Shown piece after piece: positions 1 through 16,342 of a stretch of DNA of 64,000 nt. The number at the start of each line of letters is the position of its first letter. Position 1 is the first letter of the stretch. Source of the DNA: Escherichia coli. GTDB taxonomy: Bacteria; Pseudomonadota; Gammaproteobacteria; Enterobacterales; Enterobacteriaceae. The notes below the pieces were generated by a model. That model was given only the letters and a program-made list of their open reading frames with translations. It had not been told where the DNA came from and did not search any database. Location of the stretch: the NCBI RefSeq assembly GCF_041886205.1, contig NZ_CP169029.1, one strand, 5' to 3'. The translations under genes and the position numbers were made by a program.

Positions 1-183
1 GCCCTGAAATCCGTTATTACACCAGAAATTGAACAAAAAATGTTACAGCACACGCCGATCAGACGTCTGGGCCAACCGCAAGATATTGCTAACGCAGCGC
101 TGTTCCTTTGCTCGCCTGCAGCCAGCTGGGTAAGCGGACAAATTCTCACCGTCTCCGGTGGTGGGGTACAGGAGCTCAATTAA
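1..183 (+). CDS. hdhA: 7-alpha-hydroxysteroid dehydrogenase, 3' end (partial, runs off the window start)
   Basis: Frame 1 is open from base 1 to TAA at 181-183. The translation ...[40 protein letters not shown] is a short-chain dehydrogenase C-terminus. Position next to uidR fits K-12 order. Confidence 0.8.
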   Translation, partial: ALKSVITPEIEQKMLQHTPIRRLGQPQDIANAALFLCSPAASWVSGQILTVSGGGVQELN

Positions 184-282
184 TACACTAACGGACCGGT
201 AAACAGCCGTACGTGTTGTTTACCGGGATAGCGTGAGCAACTCATCAACGTCTCTGCTAAACAACTGGCAGCCAAATCACGG

Positions 283-300
283 CTATTGGTTAACCAATAG
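283..300. promoter_or_regulatory. Perfect 18-bp palindrome CTATTGGTTAACCAATAG upstream of uidR, candidate UidR (TetR-family) operator
   Basis: The palindrome is read directly. It shares the GGTTAAC core with the imperfect palindrome upstream of uidA at 1332-1345. Confidence 0.4.
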
Positions 301-411
301 ATGGATGAAAAGCATACGAATAGAGTGTGCCTTCGCACTATTCAACAGCAATGATAGGCGCTCACCTGACAACGCGGTAAACTAGTTATTCACGCTAACT
401 ATAATGGTTTA

Positions 412-1002
412 ATGATGGATAACATGCAGACTGAAGCACAACCGACACGGACCCGGATCCTCAATGCTGCCAGAGAGATTTTTTCAGAAAATGGATTTCA
501 CAGTGCCTCGATGAAAGCCATCTGTAAATCTTGCGCCATTAGTCCCGGGACGCTCTATCACCATTTCATCTCCAAAGAAGCCTTGATTCAGGCGATTATC
601 TTACAGGACCAGGAGAGGGCGCTGGCTCGTTTCCGGGAACCGATTGAAGGGATTCATTTTGTTGACTATATGGTCGAGTCTATTGTCTCTCTCACCCATG
701 AAGCCTTTGGGCAACGGGCGCTGGTGGTCGAAATTATGGCGGAAGGGATGCGTAACCCACAGGTCGCCGCCATGCTTAAAAATAAGCATATGACGATCAC
801 TGAATTTGTTGCTCAGCGGATGCGTGATGCCCAGCAAAAAGGCGAGATAAGCCCAGACATCAACACGGCAATGACTTCACGTTTACTGCTGGATCTGACC
901 TACGGTGTACTGGCCGATATCGAAGCGGAAGACCTGGCGCGTGAAGCGTCGTTTGCTCAGGGATTACGCGCGATGATTGGCGGTATCTTAACCGCATCCT
1001 GA
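412..1002 (+). CDS. uidR: TetR-family repressor of the glucuronide operon
   Basis: 196-aa ORF with an N-terminal TetR HTH (TRILNAAREIFSENGFHSASMKAICKSCAISPGTLYHHF). It lies directly upstream of uidA. Confidence 0.95.
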   Translation: MMDNMQTEAQPTRTRILNAAREIFSENGFHSASMKAICKSCAISPGTLYHHFISKEALIQAIILQDQERALARFREPIEGIHFVDYMVESIVSLTHEAFGQRALVVEIMAEGMRNPQVAAMLKNKHMTITEFVAQRMRDAQQKGEISPDINTAMTSRLLLDLTYGVLADIEAEDLAREASFAQGLRAMIGGILTAS

Positions 1003-1331
1003 TCCTCTCTCTCTTTCCGCGGGCTGGTGACAACTGAGCCCGCGTTTCATATCGTAATTTCTCTGTGCAAAAATCATCCTCCCAGGGATCGGAGAATCCC
1101 ACCTGAATATTCATCGTAGCAATATATCATGAGGGTTTATCGCTCCCAATATGTTCGAACGAACGTTCGATTGCTTATTTTATGGCTTCTGTCAACGCCG
1201 TTTTAAAGATTAATGCGATCTATATCACGCTGTGGGTATTGCAGTTTTTGGTTTTTTGATCGCGGTGTCAGTTCTTTTTATTTCCATTTCTCTTCCATGG
1301 GTTTCTCACAGATAACTGTGTGCAACACAGA

Positions 1332-4573
<3,242 letters not shown>

Positions 4574-4611
4574 TATTCAATAAAAATAATCAGAACATCA
4601 AAGGTGCAACT

Positions 4612-5877
4612 ATGAGAAAAATAGTGGCCATGGCCGTTATTTGCCTGACGGCTGCCTCTGGCCTTACCTCTGCTTATGCGGCGCAACTGGCTGACGATGA
4701 AGCGGGACTACGCATCAGACTGAAAAACGAATTGCGCAGGGCTGATAAGCCCAGTGCTGGCGCGGGAAGAGATATTTACGCATGGGTACAGGGAGGATTG
4801 CTCGATTTCAATAGTGGTTATTATTCCAATATTATTGGCGTTGAAGGCGGAGCGTATTATGTTTATAAATTAGGTGCTCGTGCTGATATGAGTACCCGTT
4901 GGTATCTTGATGGTGATAAAAGTTTTGGCTTTGCCCTGGGGGCAGTAAAAATAAAACCCAGTGAAAATAGCCTGCTTAAATTAGGTCGCTTCGGGACGGA
5001 TTATAGTTATGGTAGCTTACCTTATCGTATTCCGTTAATGGCTGGCAGTTCGCAACGTACACTACCGACAGTTTCTGAAGGCGCATTAGGTTATTGGGCT
5101 TTAACGCCAAATATTGATCTGTGGGGAATGTGGCGTACACGAGTATTTTTATGGACCGATTCAACAACCGGTATTCGTGATGAAGGGGTGTATAACAGCC
5201 AGACGGGAAAATACGATAAACATCGCGCACGTTCTTTTTTAGCCGCCAGTTGGCATGATGATACCAGTCGCTATTCTCTGGGGGCATCGGTACAGAAAGA
5301 TGTTTCCAATCAGATACAAAGTATTCTCGAGAAAAGCATACCGCTCGACCCGAATTATACGTTGAAAGGGGAGTTGCTCGGCTTTTACGCGCAGCTCGAA
5401 GGTTTAAGTCGTAATACCAGCCAGCCCAATGAAACGGCGTTGGTTAGTGGACAATTGACCTGGAATGCGCCGTGGGGAAGCGTATTTGGCAGTGGTGGTT
5501 ATTTGCGCCATGCAATGAATGGTGCCGTGGTGGATACCGACATTGGCTATCCCTTTTCATTAAGTCTTGATCGTAACCGTGAAGGAATGCAGTCCTGGCA
5601 ATTGGGCGTCAACTATCGTTTAACTCCGCAATTTACACTGACATTTGCACCGATTGTGACTCGCGGCTATGAATCCAGTAAACGAGATGTGCGGATTGAA
5701 GGCGCGGGTATCTTAGGTGGTATGAACTATCGGGTCAGCGAAGGGCCGTTACAAGGGATGAATTTCTTTCTTGCTGCCGATAAAGGGCGGGAAAAGCGCG
5801 ATGGCAGTACGCTGGGCGATCGCCTGAATTACTGGGATGTGAAAATGAGTATTCAGTATGACTTTATGCTGAAGTAA
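4612..5877 (+). CDS. uidC: outer-membrane glucuronide porin
   Basis: 421-aa ORF with a signal peptide (MRKIVAMAVICLTAASGLTSAYA) and a beta-barrel-type C-terminus ending ...YDFMLK. Third gene of the uid operon. Confidence 0.93.
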   Translation: MRKIVAMAVICLTAASGLTSAYAAQLADDEAGLRIRLKNELRRADKPSAGAGRDIYAWVQGGLLDFNSGYYSNIIGVEGGAYYVYKLGARADMSTRWYLDGDKSFGFALGAVKIKPSENSLLKLGRFGTDYSYGSLPYRIPLMAGSSQRTLPTVSEGALGYWALTPNIDLWGMWRTRVFLWTDSTTGIRDEGVYNSQTGKYDKHRARSFLAASWHDDTSRYSLGASVQKDVSNQIQSILEKSIPLDPNYTLKGELLGFYAQLEGLSRNTSQPNETALVSGQLTWNAPWGSVFGSGGYLRHAMNGAVVDTDIGYPFSLSLDRNREGMQSWQLGVNYRLTPQFTLTFAPIVTRGYESSKRDVRIEGAGILGGMNYRVSEGPLQGMNFFLAADKGREKRDGSTLGDRLNYWDVKMSIQYDFMLK

Positions 5878-5883
5878 GAAATA

Positions 5884-5912
5884 ACGCCGGAGAGAAAAAT
5901 CTCCGGCGTTTT
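5884..5912. terminator. Bidirectional intrinsic terminator between convergent uidC and ydgA
   Basis: 10-bp perfect stem ACGCCGGAGA/TCTCCGGCGT with loop GAAAAA, followed by a T-run. Confidence 0.8.
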
Positions 5913-5921
5913 GGCTGTGAA

Positions 5922-7430
5922 TTACTGCTGCGGAATAGCGGGTACGACCGGAACATTTAATGCCGGCATTGCAAACATACCAACGAAATCTTCCAGTGGC
6001 ATTTTCTGCCCGTTTAACGTTATCTGACCGTTAGTATATTGCAGGCTGGTGGTGATGGTATTGTCCTGCAAGGTGGTCAGACGGAACATCTGCCCCATTG
6101 CTGATGCACCTTCAACTTGCTGTTTCGCCAGTTTTTTCGCTTGATCTTCCTGATAACCTTCCAGCTTCGCTACCTGAGTCATAAACTCAGTTGCCATATC
6201 CACCGGAATGGTCAGTTTCGCATCCAGAGATTTAACCGAACGATCTACTTCCTGCGCCAGCGTTTGCGGCGCTTCTTTAGTCGTTGCCGGATCTTTCAGG
6301 AACAGCGACAGATTCAGGGCACTTTCACCCTGACTGTTTTTCCAGCTTAGCGGCGCGATAGTAATCACCGGATCGCCTTTCAGCATCAGCGGCAGGGCGC
6401 TAAAGAAGGCTTCCGTCACTTTCTCCTGATAAAGTTCGGGGTTGTTGGCAATTTCTGGCTGTGCCAGCAGCGCCTGAGTTTGCGCGTTATATTGCTGGCT
6501 AAACTGATGCCAGGCTTCACCATCAATCTGGCCGACTTTTAAAGTCAGCTTGCCGCTGCCCAGATCCTGATTCTGTACCTTCAGGCTGTTTAGCGAGTAA
6601 TCCAGTTGGCTATTGATCGTTTTACCGTCATTGACCAGATCCGATTTACCGCTGATCTCCATGCCTTCCAGCAGTGCCAGTTCTTTGCCTTCCACTGAAA
6701 TGGTCATTTTTTCCAGTGACAGTTTTTGATTTCCTACACGCTCACCAAAACTTGCCAGCGTGCTGGAACCGTCGGTTTTCAGATTATTAAAGGTCAACTG
6801 CACTTTCTGGTTGTATTCGTTAACTGCGTCTATCCGACCACTTTGCGCCTCCCCGGAAAGGGAGATGGCTTTGCCGTCTCTGTCAGCATTTAACTGGAAC
6901 TCGCCGCCGCTAAAGGCGACTTTTTCATCCTTTTGCTCGTAATTCAGTGGCTTGAGCGAAATATCGGAACTGGAATCACCGCTGTAACCAATGCGCGAGT
7001 TAATCTCAAAAGGCGTTTCACCTTTTGCCATATCAAACAGTGGTTTACTTACTTCGTTATTAACCAGCGTGGTTTGAATTGATGCCATCGACGGGATCAG
7101 GTTCAGTTTTTTAAGCTGGGCAAGCGGGAAGGGACCATGATCAACCGATTCGTTGAAGATGACGCTCTGACCGCTTTTAATCCACGGATTTTCTTTCCCG
7201 GCAATGGGTTTCACCAACAGTTGCAACTGGCTGCTGAATACGCCGCGATGATAGTTTTGATAACTCACTTCCAGGTTGGATTCAGGAGCTGTCAGTTTGA
7301 GTTGCGCGTTCGCCTGCGCGACCATGTCTTCGAGATGGGTTTCAATCTTCTTGCCTGTATACCATGCGCCGCCTGTCCAGACTACGCCTAGCGCAACAAT
7401 GACGCCTACCGCTACCAGCGATTTATTCAT
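5922..7430 (-). CDS. ydgA: DUF945-family envelope protein YdgA
   Basis: 502-aa ORF with an N-terminal anchor/signal (MNKSLVAVGVIVALGVVWTGGAWY). Position matches K-12. Confidence 0.9.
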   Translation of the reverse strand: MNKSLVAVGVIVALGVVWTGGAWYTGKKIETHLEDMVAQANAQLKLTAPESNLEVSYQNYHRGVFSSQLQLLVKPIAGKENPWIKSGQSVIFNESVDHGPFPLAQLKKLNLIPSMASIQTTLVNNEVSKPLFDMAKGETPFEINSRIGYSGDSSSDISLKPLNYEQKDEKVAFSGGEFQLNADRDGKAISLSGEAQSGRIDAVNEYNQKVQLTFNNLKTDGSSTLASFGERVGNQKLSLEKMTISVEGKELALLEGMEISGKSDLVNDGKTINSQLDYSLNSLKVQNQDLGSGKLTLKVGQIDGEAWHQFSQQYNAQTQALLAQPEIANNPELYQEKVTEAFFSALPLMLKGDPVITIAPLSWKNSQGESALNLSLFLKDPATTKEAPQTLAQEVDRSVKSLDAKLTIPVDMATEFMTQVAKLEGYQEDQAKKLAKQQVEGASAMGQMFRLTTLQDNTITTSLQYTNGQITLNGQKMPLEDFVGMFAMPALNVPVVPAIPQQ

Positions 7431-7530
7431 AATGATTATCCATAAAATGAAATCAGGCGGACTGGCCGCCTGAAGGTGTTATAAGCCTTTAATAAGCTTA
7501 GCAAGAGATGTTAATTTTTTCAGTAAGCTC

Positions 7531-8706
7531 TTACAGCTTGTTGTAAACACGCGCTAAACGGCCGTGGCCTTTGACAGTCACCGGTGATTCGTTGGCGGCA
7601 ATAAACGCTGATTCACCCGGTTTAAGCTGTAACTGCTGAGAACCTTTCCACAACGTTGCATCGCCTTCGACGCAGAACAAAATGGCGGCACTCTGCTGGC
7701 TAATGGTGGTTTCTTTATCACTAAGGTCATGCAGCGAGAAGGCAAAATCATCCACTGGAATCGGGAAGTCCAGTTCTGCACCTTGTTTCACCGGCTGGGT
7801 CAACAACTGGTTAGCCGGTTTGGCTTCGAATTTCACATTGGCAACCAGTTCCGGAATATCAATGTACTTAGGCGTCAGACCCGCACGCAGCACGTTATCG
7901 GAGTTCGCCATCACTTCCAGCGCCACGCCTTGCAGGTAAGCGTGCGGTGTTTCAGCGAACAGGAACATCGCTTCGCCAGGATTCAATTTCACCACATTCA
8001 GTAACAGCGGGGAGAACAGGCCGCTGTCTTCCGGGTAAAATTCAGAAATTAAACGAATCGTTTGCCACGGTTCACCCTGCTGACTGTCGAGCGCCGATTT
8101 TAAAATCGCCAGCGCGCGGGATTTTTCTTCACCCTGCATATTCAACAGGCTGGCGAACAGTTCGCTTAAACGTTCGGCATTAGGCTGTTGTAAAAAGTGA
8201 GCAATTGCCGGATGTGCACCTGCGACTGGCTGGAGTAGGGAGACAATCTCGGAAAACTCACGAAACGCGTTCATCGCAAGGAAAGGCGTCAGCGCAAAAA
8301 CCAGCTCCGGCTTGTGGTTAGGATCTTTATAGTTACGCTCGGCGGCATCCATCGGGATACCTGCGGCATTTTCTTTGGCAAAACCGATTTCAGAATTGCG
8401 TTTGTTTGGATGAACCTGAATGGAGAGCGGCTGTGCTGCGCATAATACTTTGAACAGGAAAGGCAGTTCGCCAAAGCGTTTGGCAACGGCCTCTCCGAGC
8501 AGAGTCGATTTATCACTCTCAATCACATCACGCAGTGAAACGATATCTCCGGCGGCATTCTGCACTCGTGAACTGCTTTTCGGATGTGCGCCCATCCACA
8601 GCTCGGCCATCGGCTGGCTGGACGGATTTTCCATACCATAAAGTTCAGTCAACGCCGTTTTGCTGCCCCAGGCATAGTTTTGCACTGAGTTAATGAGTTT
8701 TTGCAT
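7531..8706 (-). CDS. manA: mannose-6-phosphate isomerase
   Basis: The track ORF runs to 8784. I place the start at internal MQKLINSVQNYAWGSKTALTELYG (391 aa), the canonical ManA N-terminus. Confidence 0.95.
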   Translation of the reverse strand: MQKLINSVQNYAWGSKTALTELYGMENPSSQPMAELWMGAHPKSSSRVQNAAGDIVSLRDVIESDKSTLLGEAVAKRFGELPFLFKVLCAAQPLSIQVHPNKRNSEIGFAKENAAGIPMDAAERNYKDPNHKPELVFALTPFLAMNAFREFSEIVSLLQPVAGAHPAIAHFLQQPNAERLSELFASLLNMQGEEKSRALAILKSALDSQQGEPWQTIRLISEFYPEDSGLFSPLLLNVVKLNPGEAMFLFAETPHAYLQGVALEVMANSDNVLRAGLTPKYIDIPELVANVKFEAKPANQLLTQPVKQGAELDFPIPVDDFAFSLHDLSDKETTISQQSAAILFCVEGDATLWKGSQQLQLKPGESAFIAANESPVTVKGHGRLARVYNKL

Positions 8707-8904
8707 GATCAATCCCTGTTTTAATGTGGAAATTAATCCCACTATTAAAGCAAGAATCCTACGGGAAGTAACCTGGAGCCGCAAAAAGTCGTACTAGTCT
8801 CAGTTTTTGTTAAAAAAGTGTGTAGGATATTGTTACTCGCTTTTAACAGGGCAACGGAACACCCGCCCAGAGCATAACCAAACCAGGCAGTAAGTGAGAG
8901 AACA

Positions 8905-10551
8905 ATGTCAAACAAACCCTTTCATTATCAGGCTCCTTTTCCACTCAAAAAAGACGATACTGAGTATTACCTGCTAACCAGCGAACACGTTAGCGTATCT
9001 GAATTTGAAGGGCAGGAGATTTTGAAAGTCGCACCCGAAGCGTTAACTCTGTTGGCGCGTCAGGCGTTTCATGATGCGTCATTTATGCTGCGTCCGGCTC
9101 ACCAACAACAGGTGGCCGACATTCTGCGTGACCCGGAAGCCAGCGAAAATGATAAATATGTGGCGCTGCAATTCCTGCGCAACTCCGACATCGCGGCGAA
9201 AGGTGTTCTGCCAACCTGTCAGGATACCGGCACTGCGATTATTGTTGGTAAAAAAGGGCAGCGTGTATGGACCGGTGGCTGTGATGAAGCGGCGCTGGCG
9301 CGCGGTGTCTATAACACTTATATCGAAGATAATTTGCGCTACTCGCAAAACGCGCCGCTGGATATGTATAAAGAGGTGAATACCGGCACCAATCTGCCAG
9401 CGCAGATCGATCTTTATGCCGTTGATGGCGACGAGTACAAATTCCTCTGTATCGCCAAAGGTGGTGGTTCGGCAAACAAGACGTATCTCTATCAGGAAAC
9501 CAAAGCGTTACTAACGCCGGGGAAACTGAAAAATTACCTGGTTGAGAAGATGCGCACGCTGGGTACGGCGGCCTGTCCTCCGTATCATATTGCGTTCGTA
9601 ATTGGTGGAACTTCTGCAGAAACTAACCTTAAAACAGTGAAACTGGCTTCCGCTAAATACTATGACGAACTGCCAACGGAAGGGAATGAGCACGGTCAGG
9701 CATTCCGCGATGTGGAACTGGAAAAAGAATTGCTGATCGAAGCGCAAAATCTCGGTCTGGGTGCGCAGTTTGGTGGTAAATACTTCGCTCACGACATACG
9801 CGTGATTCGCCTGCCACGTCACGGCGCATCCTGTCCGGTTGGTATGGGTGTTTCCTGCTCTGCTGACCGTAATATCAAAGCGAAGATCAACCGTCAGGGG
9901 ATCTGGATCGAAAAACTGGAACATAATCCAGGTAAATATATCCCTGAAGAGCTGCGTAAAGCGGGAGAAGGCGAAGCGGTGCGCGTTGACCTTAACCGTC
10001 CGATGAAAGAGATCCTCGCACAGTTGTCGCAGTATCCCGTTTCTACACGCTTATCGCTTAACGGCACGATTATCGTCGGTCGTGATATTGCTCACGCCAA
10101 ACTGAAAGAGCGGATGGATAACGGTGAAGGGCTGCCGCAGTACATTAAAGATCATCCGATTTACTACGCGGGTCCGGCCAAAACGCCGGAAGGTTATGCC
10201 TCCGGTTCTCTTGGCCCAACGACCGCCGGACGGATGGATTCTTATGTCGATCAACTGCAAGCGCAGGGCGGAAGTATGATCATGCTGGCGAAAGGCAACC
10301 GCAGCCAGCAGGTGACGGATGCCTGTAAAAAACACGGCGGCTTCTACCTTGGCAGTATCGGTGGTCCGGCCGCTGTATTGGCGCAGGGAAGTATTAAGAG
10401 CCTGGAATGTGTTGAATATCCGGAACTGGGAATGGAAGCCATCTGGAAAATTGAAGTGGAAGATTTCCCGGCGTTTATCCTTGTGGATGATAAAGGAAAT
10501 GACTTCTTCCAGCAGATACAACTCACACAATGCACCCGCTGTGTGAAATAA
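8905..10551 (+). CDS. fumA: class I (Fe-S) fumarate hydratase
   Basis: 548-aa ORF starting [29 protein letters not shown], typical FumA. Confidence 0.97.
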   Translation: MSNKPFHYQAPFPLKKDDTEYYLLTSEHVSVSEFEGQEILKVAPEALTLLARQAFHDASFMLRPAHQQQVADILRDPEASENDKYVALQFLRNSDIAAKGVLPTCQDTGTAIIVGKKGQRVWTGGCDEAALARGVYNTYIEDNLRYSQNAPLDMYKEVNTGTNLPAQIDLYAVDGDEYKFLCIAKGGGSANKTYLYQETKALLTPGKLKNYLVEKMRTLGTAACPPYHIAFVIGGTSAETNLKTVKLASAKYYDELPTEGNEHGQAFRDVELEKELLIEAQNLGLGAQFGGKYFAHDIRVIRLPRHGASCPVGMGVSCSADRNIKAKINRQGIWIEKLEHNPGKYIPEELRKAGEGEAVRVDLNRPMKEILAQLSQYPVSTRLSLNGTIIVGRDIAHAKLKERMDNGEGLPQYIKDHPIYYAGPAKTPEGYASGSLGPTTAGRMDSYVDQLQAQGGSMIMLAKGNRSQQVTDACKKHGGFYLGSIGGPAAVLAQGSIKSLECVEYPELGMEAIWKIEVEDFPAFILVDDKGNDFFQQIQLTQCTRCVK

Positions 10552-10557
10552 ACAGAG

Positions 10558-10580
10558 CCGCCCTTCGGGGCGGTTTTTTT
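10558..10580 (+). terminator. Intrinsic terminator after fumA
   Basis: Stem CCGCCC/GGGCGG with a TTCG loop, followed by a T7 run. Confidence 0.8.
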
Positions 10581-10693
10581 ACATGGCACGAAAGACCAAA
10601 CATTTGTTATCAAATGGTGAATAATAAGTGAGCTAAAAGTTGCTTAACGAAAGCAAAACAGAAAGAAAAAATTAATCAGGTGAGGAGCAGGTC

Positions 10694-13056
<2,363 letters not shown>

Positions 13057-13098
13057 TTATAGCACAGTGGTGGTGACTTGACCACCGTGCGCGTAGTG

Positions 13099-14400
13099 TC
13101 AAGCAGAGGTAAATTGCGGGATGTTATGCCATAACGGCCAGCTAAACGAGAAGCGGGCACCACCCAGTTCGCTGGTGTCACAATTAACCGTACCGCCCAT
13201 TGCCAGTGCTATAGAGTGGACAATTGCCAGCCCCAGCCCACAGCCGCCGGTTGAGCGATCCCGGCTGGGATCGAGGCGAACAAAAGGTTCAAAGATATGT
13301 TCGCGGTTTTCTGGGGCAATCCCTGGGCCATCATCCTCAACAATTAATGTCGCTCTATTCCCCGACAGTAGCAGGCTGGTTTCAACCGTTGAATGGCAGT
13401 AGCGCAGGGCGTTATTGAGCAAATTATCCAGCACGCGCTCCATTAAGCGCATATCCAGTGCCGCGTAATTACCTGGCGTGATCGTTTTTATCCGTACCGT
13501 TTTATCGGGCGTTACTGCCTGAATATCTGCCAGATGCGTTGACAGCCACAACGGCAGGTCTGGTTCGCTAAGATGAAGCTCGTTTTGTGGGCGATCGAGT
13601 CGGGCATAAGTCAGCAGCTCTTCAATTAAAGCTTCAAGTTGACTGATATCACGATTCAACGCCTGGGATTCGGCGGCGCTCAGGTTATCGCTCATCTCCA
13701 GTCGATAACGCAGGCGCACTAACGGTGTTCGCAGTTCATGAGCGATACCGTCAATAAGCTGTTTTTTGCTGGCAATCAAGGCGTTGATATTGTCCGCCAT
13801 CTGGTTAAATGCGATACCAAGTCGTTCAAAGCTCGAACCCTCATCAAAGTGGATACGTTCATTGAGATGCCCATCGCCAAATCGTTGCGCCGCAGCTTCC
13901 AGTTTTAACATATCCTGCCAGTGCGGACGCATCCAGATAAACACCGGAAAGGCGAGGGAAATGGCAATAAAAGCGATTAGGGCGATATCCAGCAATCGCA
14001 TCTGATGGAGGTAATAAAGATAAGGAACAGGACCAACTGCCAGCACGTAGTGGCTGCGCGGGATACGCTGCAAAAACGTGTACTGATCGTCCAGGGCGAC
14101 AATTTCGCCGCCACGCAGTCGGTGCATGGAAATATCATCAAGATGGTATTTACTCAGTGGCTCGACACGCAGATCGAAAGAGAGGTTTAAATCCATCTCT
14201 TTCAGCGTCTTACCCCAGTCGTGTGGGGGGATCTCACGCAATTCGCTGCGCATCAGATACAGCGAACTGTTCATCAAATCATCCAGCGACTGTTTGCCCG
14301 CGCGTTCGGCGGTAAATTTGTACACCAGCCCAACCAGCAGAGACATCACAAGGAAGCAGACAAACAATAACAGGTAAAACTGGATAAACAGTTTTTTCAT
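13099..14400 (-). CDS. rstB: sensor histidine kinase RstB
   Basis: 433-aa ORF with two TM segments, H-box GIAHELRTPL and an ATPase domain (DDGPGI, GGCGLGLAIV). Confidence 0.95.
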   Translation of the reverse strand: MKKLFIQFYLLLFVCFLVMSLLVGLVYKFTAERAGKQSLDDLMNSSLYLMRSELREIPPHDWGKTLKEMDLNLSFDLRVEPLSKYHLDDISMHRLRGGEIVALDDQYTFLQRIPRSHYVLAVGPVPYLYYLHQMRLLDIALIAFIAISLAFPVFIWMRPHWQDMLKLEAAAQRFGDGHLNERIHFDEGSSFERLGIAFNQMADNINALIASKKQLIDGIAHELRTPLVRLRYRLEMSDNLSAAESQALNRDISQLEALIEELLTYARLDRPQNELHLSEPDLPLWLSTHLADIQAVTPDKTVRIKTITPGNYAALDMRLMERVLDNLLNNALRYCHSTVETSLLLSGNRATLIVEDDGPGIAPENREHIFEPFVRLDPSRDRSTGGCGLGLAIVHSIALAMGGTVNCDTSELGGARFSFSWPLWHNIPQFTSA

Positions 14401-14403
14401 CGC

Positions 14404-15123
14404 TTATTCCCATGCATGAGGCGCAAAAAGATAGCCTTTGTTACGCACAGTTTTAATGCGATAAGGTTCTGCGGCGTTATCGAGCAGTTTTTTTCTTAAC
14501 CGCGAAATAGCCACATCCACGCTACGATCCAGTCCGTCATAACTGACGCCGCGTAAATTTTTCAGCAATGCATCGCGGTCCATGATTTGCCCGGCATGGG
14601 TAGCTAATTCCCACAATAATTCGAAATCAGCTGTCGAGAGCGAGATTTCAGTGTTAGCCAGGGTGACTACGCGGTTGATGGGATCGATGGTCAACGTGCC
14701 GAAATGCAGGGCTTTGTAGGGAGTCAGATACGTTTCCTGAAGACCTTTGGTCAGTGTGGCTTGCTCATTCTGACGCAAATGCAAACGTAAACGCGCTAGC
14801 AAAACAGCAGGGGGCGTCGTTTTGAGAATATAGTCGCAGGCACCCATTTCCAGTGCCAGGATGTGGTTCATATCGCTATCGAGAGAGGTTAGAAGAACAA
14901 TCGGTCCAGACCACTTTGCGCGTAAATCACGACAAATGGTCATGCCGTCCTTGCCTGGTAGCATGATGTCGAGTAACACCAAATCCGGATTTTCTCGCAA
15001 AATGGTTTCTTCGGCCTGGTCGCCGCGCGGCTCTACGGTAACCTGCATATCATGTTTTGCCAGGTACGCGGCAATCAGTGAACCGACTTCCGCATCATCT
15101 TCCACAAATACGATAGTGTTCAT
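14404..15123 (-). CDS. rstA: OmpR-family response regulator RstA
   Basis: I place the start at MNTIVFVEDDAEVG (239 aa). Receiver domain plus winged-helix C-terminus. The gene sits 3 nt upstream of rstB. Confidence 0.93.
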   Translation of the reverse strand: MNTIVFVEDDAEVGSLIAAYLAKHDMQVTVEPRGDQAEETILRENPDLVLLDIMLPGKDGMTICRDLRAKWSGPIVLLTSLDSDMNHILALEMGACDYILKTTPPAVLLARLRLHLRQNEQATLTKGLQETYLTPYKALHFGTLTIDPINRVVTLANTEISLSTADFELLWELATHAGQIMDRDALLKNLRGVSYDGLDRSVDVAISRLRKKLLDNAAEPYRIKTVRNKGYLFAPHAWE

Positions 15124-15251
15124 AACATTCACGGTAGATATAAAAACGTCACAATACACCGCGCTGTTTTTACTTACTATCAATCGTTTCTAAACAAGTT
15201 TTCATCAGGTATTCTACTGATGACTTGTTATGGAAGTGTTAAGGTAAAAAG

Positions 15252-15587
15252 ATGGGGCTGGTAATCAAAGCCGCGCTCGGTGCGCTGGTAGTGCTGTTGA
15301 TTGGTGTTTTAGCAAAAACGAAAAATTATTATATCGCCGGGCTGATTCCACTTTTCCCGACCTTTGCGCTTATCGCGCATTATATTGTTGCCAGCGAACG
15401 CGGCATTGAAGCCTTACGCGCAACCATCATTTTTAGTATGTGGTCGATTATTCCCTATTTTGTTTACCTGGTGTCGCTGTGGTATTTCACCGGAATGATG
15501 CGCTTGCCCGCCGCTTTTGTTGGTTCTGTTGCGTGTTGGGGGATAAGCGCATGGGTGTTGATTATATGCTGGATAAAGCTGCATTAA
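15252..15587 (+). CDS. ydgC: GlpM-family inner membrane protein
   Basis: 111-aa ORF with four hydrophobic segments. Position matches K-12. Confidence 0.88.
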   Translation: MGLVIKAALGALVVLLIGVLAKTKNYYIAGLIPLFPTFALIAHYIVASERGIEALRATIIFSMWSIIPYFVYLVSLWYFTGMMRLPAAFVGSVACWGISAWVLIICWIKLH

Positions 15588-16306
15588 CGCAGATGACGAC
15601 CGCCATCAAGTGGGAAACTGCGTCCGGTGACAAAGCAACTGGTAAGTAAGTAATCGACCAGGTCGATCACTTCTTTCTCGCCAGGCGCGGTTTTCATCAG
15701 TGATTTATTCAGCGCCTGTTGTCGATATTCGGCATCATCATGTTCATTAAACAGGATCAGCGATGGCGCAATAGAATTCACTTTCACTTCCGGTGCCAGC
15801 TTGCGGGCAAACGAGCGGGTCATATTATCCAGTGCCGCTTTGCTTGCAGCATAGGCAATATGTTTGTCGCTACCGCGCTCCACCACATAATCGGTAAAGT
15901 GAATGATATCGCTGGCGGCGTGTCCGTGCCCACGCAGTAATCTTTCCAGAGCATGGTTGAGCAGGTAAGGGGTATTAACGTGGATCTGCATCATGCAAGC
16001 CAGTACGTCGGCCAGTGGCGCACCCGCTTTTTCCGCCATCCACGCACTGGCGTTATGCAAAATAGCACGCAGACCATGGGTGCTTTTTAGTACTTCATCG
16101 GCAAACGCCATCACACCGTCGTTGGTCGAAAAATCAGCCTGAATACACTGCGCACCTGCCTTAATCAGTCCATCAATGGCTGGATAGTGCGTCCGATAGC
16201 TGACAATCACCGGTTGCTTTTGATTAATGAAATGCCAGGCGAGGGCGAGGCCGATGCGACGACCTCCGCCAGTAATTAATATTGGCAAGGGCTGGGCTTT
16301 ACCCAT
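15584..16306 (-). CDS. folM: dihydromonapterin/dihydrofolate reductase (SDR)
   Basis: 240-aa SDR with an N-terminal ITGGGRRIG nucleotide-binding motif and the YAASKAAL catalytic motif. Confidence 0.93.
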   Translation of the reverse strand: MGKAQPLPILITGGGRRIGLALAWHFINQKQPVIVSYRTHYPAIDGLIKAGAQCIQADFSTNDGVMAFADEVLKSTHGLRAILHNASAWMAEKAGAPLADVLACMMQIHVNTPYLLNHALERLLRGHGHAASDIIHFTDYVVERGSDKHIAYAASKAALDNMTRSFARKLAPEVKVNSIAPSLILFNEHDDAEYRQQALNKSLMKTAPGEKEVIDLVDYLLTSCFVTGRSFPLDGGRHLR

Positions 16307-16342
16307 CGTTATCTCCTTTGCTATCCAACGATGGGATGAACG